Shown in pieces: positions 60,473 to 64,000 of a stretch of DNA of 64,000 nucleotides; the first letter of the stretch is position 1; each line of letters begins with the position of its first letter. The DNA is from Bacteroidaceae bacterium. Its GTDB lineage: Bacteria > Bacteroidota > Bacteroidia > Bacteroidales > Bacteroidaceae. The stretch lies in NCBI GenBank assembly GCA_017933995.1, contig JAGBKI010000022.1, positions 1,746 to 65,745 on the forward strand, written 5' to 3'. The notes below the pieces were generated by a model. That model did not search any database. It was not told the origin of the DNA and worked only from the letters and a program-made list of their open reading frames with translations. Both the position numbers and the translations under genes were made by a program.

Positions 60473-60557
60473 AAATTCCAAGGCTTGAAACTTCAGTTCC
60501 ACGCCTTGGGAATCAAATTTCAAGGCTTTGAAACTCAAATTCCATACCTTGAAATTA
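60473..60557. repeat. 21/22-bp-period quasi-palindromic array, 4 units (family B)
   Basis: aaattccaaggcttgaaactt / cagttccacgccttgggaatc / aaatttcaaggctttgaaactc / aaattccataccttgaaatta. Confidence 0.7.
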
Positions 60558-60700
60558 GCTGGGAATTGGGATTAGGCTCAAAGGGAGTTTGTCCTCAACT
60601 TAAAAAGATCCTTTATGAGTCAAGATATGGCACAGATAGAAGCGATGGACGCTGTGACGAAATATACAAGACCGCAGCCTTTATCTACTGAGACGCACAT

Positions 60701-60738
60701 AAAAAAGAACTCCCCTGGCCTCGCGGCCGGGGGAGTTC
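60701..60738 (-). terminator. Intrinsic terminator of the alpha operon
   Basis: gaactcccctggcc / ggccgggggagttc stem with A6 on the + strand. Confidence 0.8.
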
Positions 60739-60766
60739 CGTCGTATACGGTTGGTAGTGGATTTGC

Positions 60767-61336
60767 TTACTGCTCAGTGGCTTCTTCGGCAGCGGCCTCG
60801 CTCACCTGCGTGGTCTCCTCGGCTACGGGGGCCTGCTCGGTGGCTTCTTCGGTGGCTGTAGTCTCGGCTACTGCTACTTCTTCCTTAACGGCTTCGGCGG
60901 CGGGAGCCTCAGCGGCCTTCTTGCCAGAGCCACGGCGGCTGCGGCGGGTGGCCTTCTTGGGAGTCTTGGCCATGTTCTCGTCGTAGTCAACGAGTTCGAT
61001 GAAGCACATGTCGGCGCCATCGCTGGGGCGGAAGCCGGTCTTGATGATGCGGGTGTAGCCACCGGGACGGTCGCCCACTTTCACGGAAATCTCCTGGAAG
61101 AGTTCGGTGACGGCGTACTTGTCCTGCAGGTAGCGGAACACAAGGCGGCGTGCGCTGGTGGTGTCCTGCTTGCTCTTGGTGATGAGCGGCTCGACAAACT
61201 TCTTGAGCGCCTTGGCCTTGGCGAGAGTCGTAGTGATTCTTTTGTGCTTGATCAGCGAAACGGCCATGTTGGACAGCATAGCCTTCCGATGAGAAGCAGT
61301 ACGGCTCAGGTGGTTGAATTTCTTGTTGTGTCTCAT
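60767..61336 (-). CDS. rplQ: 50S ribosomal protein L17
   Basis: [24 protein letters not shown]; Ala/Glu-rich C-terminal extension. Confidence 0.97.
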   Translation of the reverse strand: MRHNKKFNHLSRTASHRKAMLSNMAVSLIKHKRITTTLAKAKALKKFVEPLITKSKQDTTSARRLVFRYLQDKYAVTELFQEISVKVGDRPGGYTRIIKTGFRPSDGADMCFIELVDYDENMAKTPKKATRRSRRGSGKKAAEAPAAEAVKEEVAVAETTATEEATEQAPVAEETTQVSEAAAEEATEQ

Positions 61337-61344
61337 TGTTGAGT

Positions 61345-62337
61345 TTAGTCTTTGTCTAACTTGTACTTGGTGATGTCAGTTCCAAACGACAGATTCAGAC
61401 TCGCGAGCAAATCATCAAGCTCCGTGAGCGATTTCTTGCCAAAGTTGCGGAACTTGAGGAGGTCGGCCTTGTTGAACTGGACGAGGTCGCCGAGCGTGGC
61501 CACCTCGGCAGCCTTGAGGCAGTTGAGGGCGCGCACGGAGAGTTTCATGTCGGTGAGCTTCGTCTTGAGCAACTGGCGCATGTGGAGCACCTCCTCGTCG
61601 AACTCTTCGTTGTCCTCCTCGGAGCGGTCTTCGACCGTTATCTTCTCGTCGGAGAACAGCATGAAGTGCTGGATGAGGATTTTGGCGGCCTCTTCAAGGG
61701 CGTCTTTGGGCGTAATGGAACCGTCCGTGGTGATGTCGAGGGTGAGCTTGTCGTAGTCGGTCTTCTGTCCGACGCGATAGGGGTCAACCTGGTACTTCAC
61801 GTTACGGATGGGGGTGTAGATGGAGTCAATGGCAATCTGCGAAACCTCGGTGCAGAACTCGCGGTTCTCATCGGCGGGGACGTAGCCGCGTCCCTTGTTG
61901 ATGGTGAGCTGTATCTGCATGGTTGCCTTGCCTACGAGGTGGCAGATGATCAAATCCGGGTTCAACACTTCAAAACCTGCGAGCTGGTTGCCGATGTCGC
62001 CTGCGCGGAACTCCTTGGTGCCGGCGACGTCGATGCTGACAGTCTCTTCCTCCGTCTCGTCGGTGAGGCGGCGGAAACGGACTTGTTTGAGGTTGAGAAT
62101 AATGTTGGTTACATCCTCGCGCACACCGGGGATGGTGGCGAACTCGTGGTCGACACCTTCGATTTTGATGGTGTTAATGGCGTAGCCTTCCAGGGAGGAA
62201 AGCAGGATGCGACGCAGAGCATTACCGATGGTGACGCCGAAACCTGGCTCAAGCGGGCGGAACTCGAAGATGCCGTGCTTGTTGTCGCTTTCGACCATTA
62301 CCACTTTGTCTGGTTTTTGAAATGCTAATATCGCCAT
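61345..62337 (-). CDS. rpoA: DNA-directed RNA polymerase subunit alpha
   Basis: [30 protein letters not shown] and RNFGKKS; start at ATG 62337. Confidence 0.98.
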   Translation of the reverse strand: MAILAFQKPDKVVMVESDNKHGIFEFRPLEPGFGVTIGNALRRILLSSLEGYAINTIKIEGVDHEFATIPGVREDVTNIILNLKQVRFRRLTDETEEETVSIDVAGTKEFRAGDIGNQLAGFEVLNPDLIICHLVGKATMQIQLTINKGRGYVPADENREFCTEVSQIAIDSIYTPIRNVKYQVDPYRVGQKTDYDKLTLDITTDGSITPKDALEEAAKILIQHFMLFSDEKITVEDRSEEDNEEFDEEVLHMRQLLKTKLTDMKLSVRALNCLKAAEVATLGDLVQFNKADLLKFRNFGKKSLTELDDLLASLNLSFGTDITKYKLDKD

Positions 62338-62497
62338 TTTTGAGAATTGTTGTGTTTGTGGGATGTAGGATAATGTCGGCCTTGTGCGTTGGGCCGTGGG
62401 TATTCGCGTGGCGCGCGGCTTTTTCGGGCCGGCGCGTGTGGGGGCGGTGGGATGCGGGGAGGGACGCTCCCCCACCCTGCCGCCTCTCTACGGCTGG

Positions 62498-63106
62498 TTA
62501 GTTCTTCGAGTAGAGCTCGACAATCAGCTGCTCGCGAATGTTCTCGGGGATATCAGCACGCTCGGGGCGGTGGAGGAACTTGCCGCTCTTGCTGCTTTCG
62601 TCCCACTCAAGCCAGGCGTACTTGCCGTGGTTGAAGCCTGCGAGCGAGTCGGCGATGACTTCGAGGGACTTCGCCTTTTCGCGCACGCCGACAATCTGGC
62701 CGGGCTTGAGGCTGTAGGAGGGGATGTTGACCACCTTGCCGTCAACGACGATGTGCTTGTGGCTGACGAGTTGGCGGGCTGCTGCACGGGTAGGTGCGAT
62801 GCCAAGGCGGAAGACAACGTTGTCGAGACGGCTCTCCAGGCTCTGTAGGAGCACCTCGCCGGTGATGCCCGTGGAACGGGCGGCCTTCTCGAAGAGGTTG
62901 CGGAACTGCTTCTCAAGGAGGCCGTAGGTGTACTTGGCCTTCTGCTTCTCGGCGAGCATGATGCCATACTCGGAGGTCTTGCGGCGGCGGTTGTTGCCCT
63001 GCTGGCCGGGGGGGTAGTTACGCTTGGAGAGTACTTTGTCCGGGCCGAAGATGGCTTCACCGAACCTGCGTGCAATGCGGGTCTTGGGACCTGTGTATCT
63101 TGCCAT
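62498..63106 (-). CDS. rpsD: 30S ribosomal protein S4
   Basis: [18 protein letters not shown] and ARQLVSH motifs. Confidence 0.98.
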   Translation of the reverse strand: MARYTGPKTRIARRFGEAIFGPDKVLSKRNYPPGQQGNNRRRKTSEYGIMLAEKQKAKYTYGLLEKQFRNLFEKAARSTGITGEVLLQSLESRLDNVVFRLGIAPTRAAARQLVSHKHIVVDGKVVNIPSYSLKPGQIVGVREKAKSLEVIADSLAGFNHGKYAWLEWDESSKSGKFLHRPERADIPENIREQLIVELYSKN

Positions 63107-63193
63107 AATGAATGTTTGTGGTTGAAGTGTGTGGATAGGTAAAAAGGATTGCTTGCGCCTGCGCCTTAACTGGCGTCGGGCCGCGCCGGTGTG

Positions 63194-63583
63194 TTATACG
63201 CGGCGACGCTTGGGAGGACGGCAGCCGTTGTGGGGCAGCGGGGTCACGTCGACAATCTCGGTGACTTCGATGCCTGCGCCATGCACGGTGCGGATGGCGC
63301 TCTCGCGTCCGTTGCCGGGTCCTTTCACATATGCCTTCACTTTGCGGAGACCGAGGTCGTAGGCTACCTTGGCACAGTCCTGGGCTGCCATCTGGGCGGC
63401 ATAAGGCGTGTTCTTCTTGGAGCCGCGGAAGCCCATCTTGCCGGCGCTGGACCAGGAGATTACCTGGCCGTCGTTGTTGGCAAGCGAGACGATGATGTTG
63501 TTGAAAGAGCTGTGCACATGGAGCTGGCCCTGCGCATTGACTTTCACAACCCTTTTCTTTGCTGCAACTGTTTTCTTTGCCAT
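63194..63583 (-). CDS. rpsK: 30S ribosomal protein S11
   Basis: TPYAAQ and [18 protein letters not shown] motifs. Confidence 0.98.
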   Translation of the reverse strand: MAKKTVAAKKRVVKVNAQGQLHVHSSFNNIIVSLANNDGQVISWSSAGKMGFRGSKKNTPYAAQMAAQDCAKVAYDLGLRKVKAYVKGPGNGRESAIRTVHGAGIEVTEIVDVTPLPHNGCRPPKRRRV

Positions 63584-63593
63584 AACTTATTGC

Positions 63594-63974
63594 TTATTTA
63601 GTAGCCTTTTTCTTGTTAGCGACTGTCTTCTTCTTGCCCTTGCGTGTGCGGGCGTTGTTCTTCGTGCTCTGTCCGCGCACGGGCAGGCCGAGACGGTGGC
63701 GGATGCCACGGTAGCAGCCGATGTCCATCAGGCGCTTGATGTTCATCTGAACTTCGGAGCGGAGGTCACCCTCGACCTTATACTCCTCGCCGATGACGGC
63801 GCGAATCTTACCGGCCTGGTCATCAGTCCAGTCCTGTACCTTGATTCCTCTGTCGACGCCTGCCTTGTCCAGGATTTTGCAGGCGCTGCTGCGACCTATA
63901 CCGTAAATATAGGTCAAGGCGATTTCACCTCGCTTGTTTTGAGGCAAATCTACACCAACTATTCGTATTGCCAT
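63594..63974 (-). CDS. rpsM: 30S ribosomal protein S13
   Basis: LTYIYGIG and [17 protein letters not shown] motifs. Confidence 0.98.
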   Translation of the reverse strand: MAIRIVGVDLPQNKRGEIALTYIYGIGRSSACKILDKAGVDRGIKVQDWTDDQAGKIRAVIGEEYKVEGDLRSEVQMNIKRLMDIGCYRGIRHRLGLPVRGQSTKNNARTRKGKKKTVANKKKATK

Positions 63975-64000
63975 ATAATAATGTGTTGTTTTGCAGAAGT

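Noticed and set aside
60767-60980. Ala/Glu-rich extension of L17
   Set aside because: Common in Bacteroidota L17 proteins; not unusual

Overview
GC-rich Bacteroidota chromosome segment, most likely Prevotellaceae/Alloprevotella-like (TAnnTTTG -7 promoters, A-rich leaders without Shine-Dalgarno sequences). It is bounded by two core transcription/translation clusters: rplK-rplA-rplJ-rplL-rpoB-rpoC on the left, and rpsM-rpsK-rpsD-rpoA-rplQ on the minus strand at the right. The middle is mostly housekeeping (fabG, ECF sigma operon, dapA, ligA, trmD, metY, nadB, tpx, nspC, OPT transporter, pheT, yebC). It also holds a scattered polysaccharide locus containing a REP-flanked RAYT (Y1/HUH) transposase. 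The most unusual region is 55.1-60.6 kb, a cassette-like array of four predicted surface lipoproteins with a shared leader. Three of them are mosaic FGE-sulfatase/C-type-lectin-fold paralogues, and one of these is frameshifted in a C-run. They are separated by two copies of a ~240-bp nested palindromic element and by an MNT-HEPN toxin-antitoxin module. Other signals are a dispersed family of 21-bp-period palindromic arrays, several short dispersed intergenic repeats, and an N->K change in the normally invariant RpoC switch-2 motif. No rRNA, tRNA, CRISPR array, integrase or reverse transcriptase was seen. All product calls come from motif recognition by eye, not from database searches.
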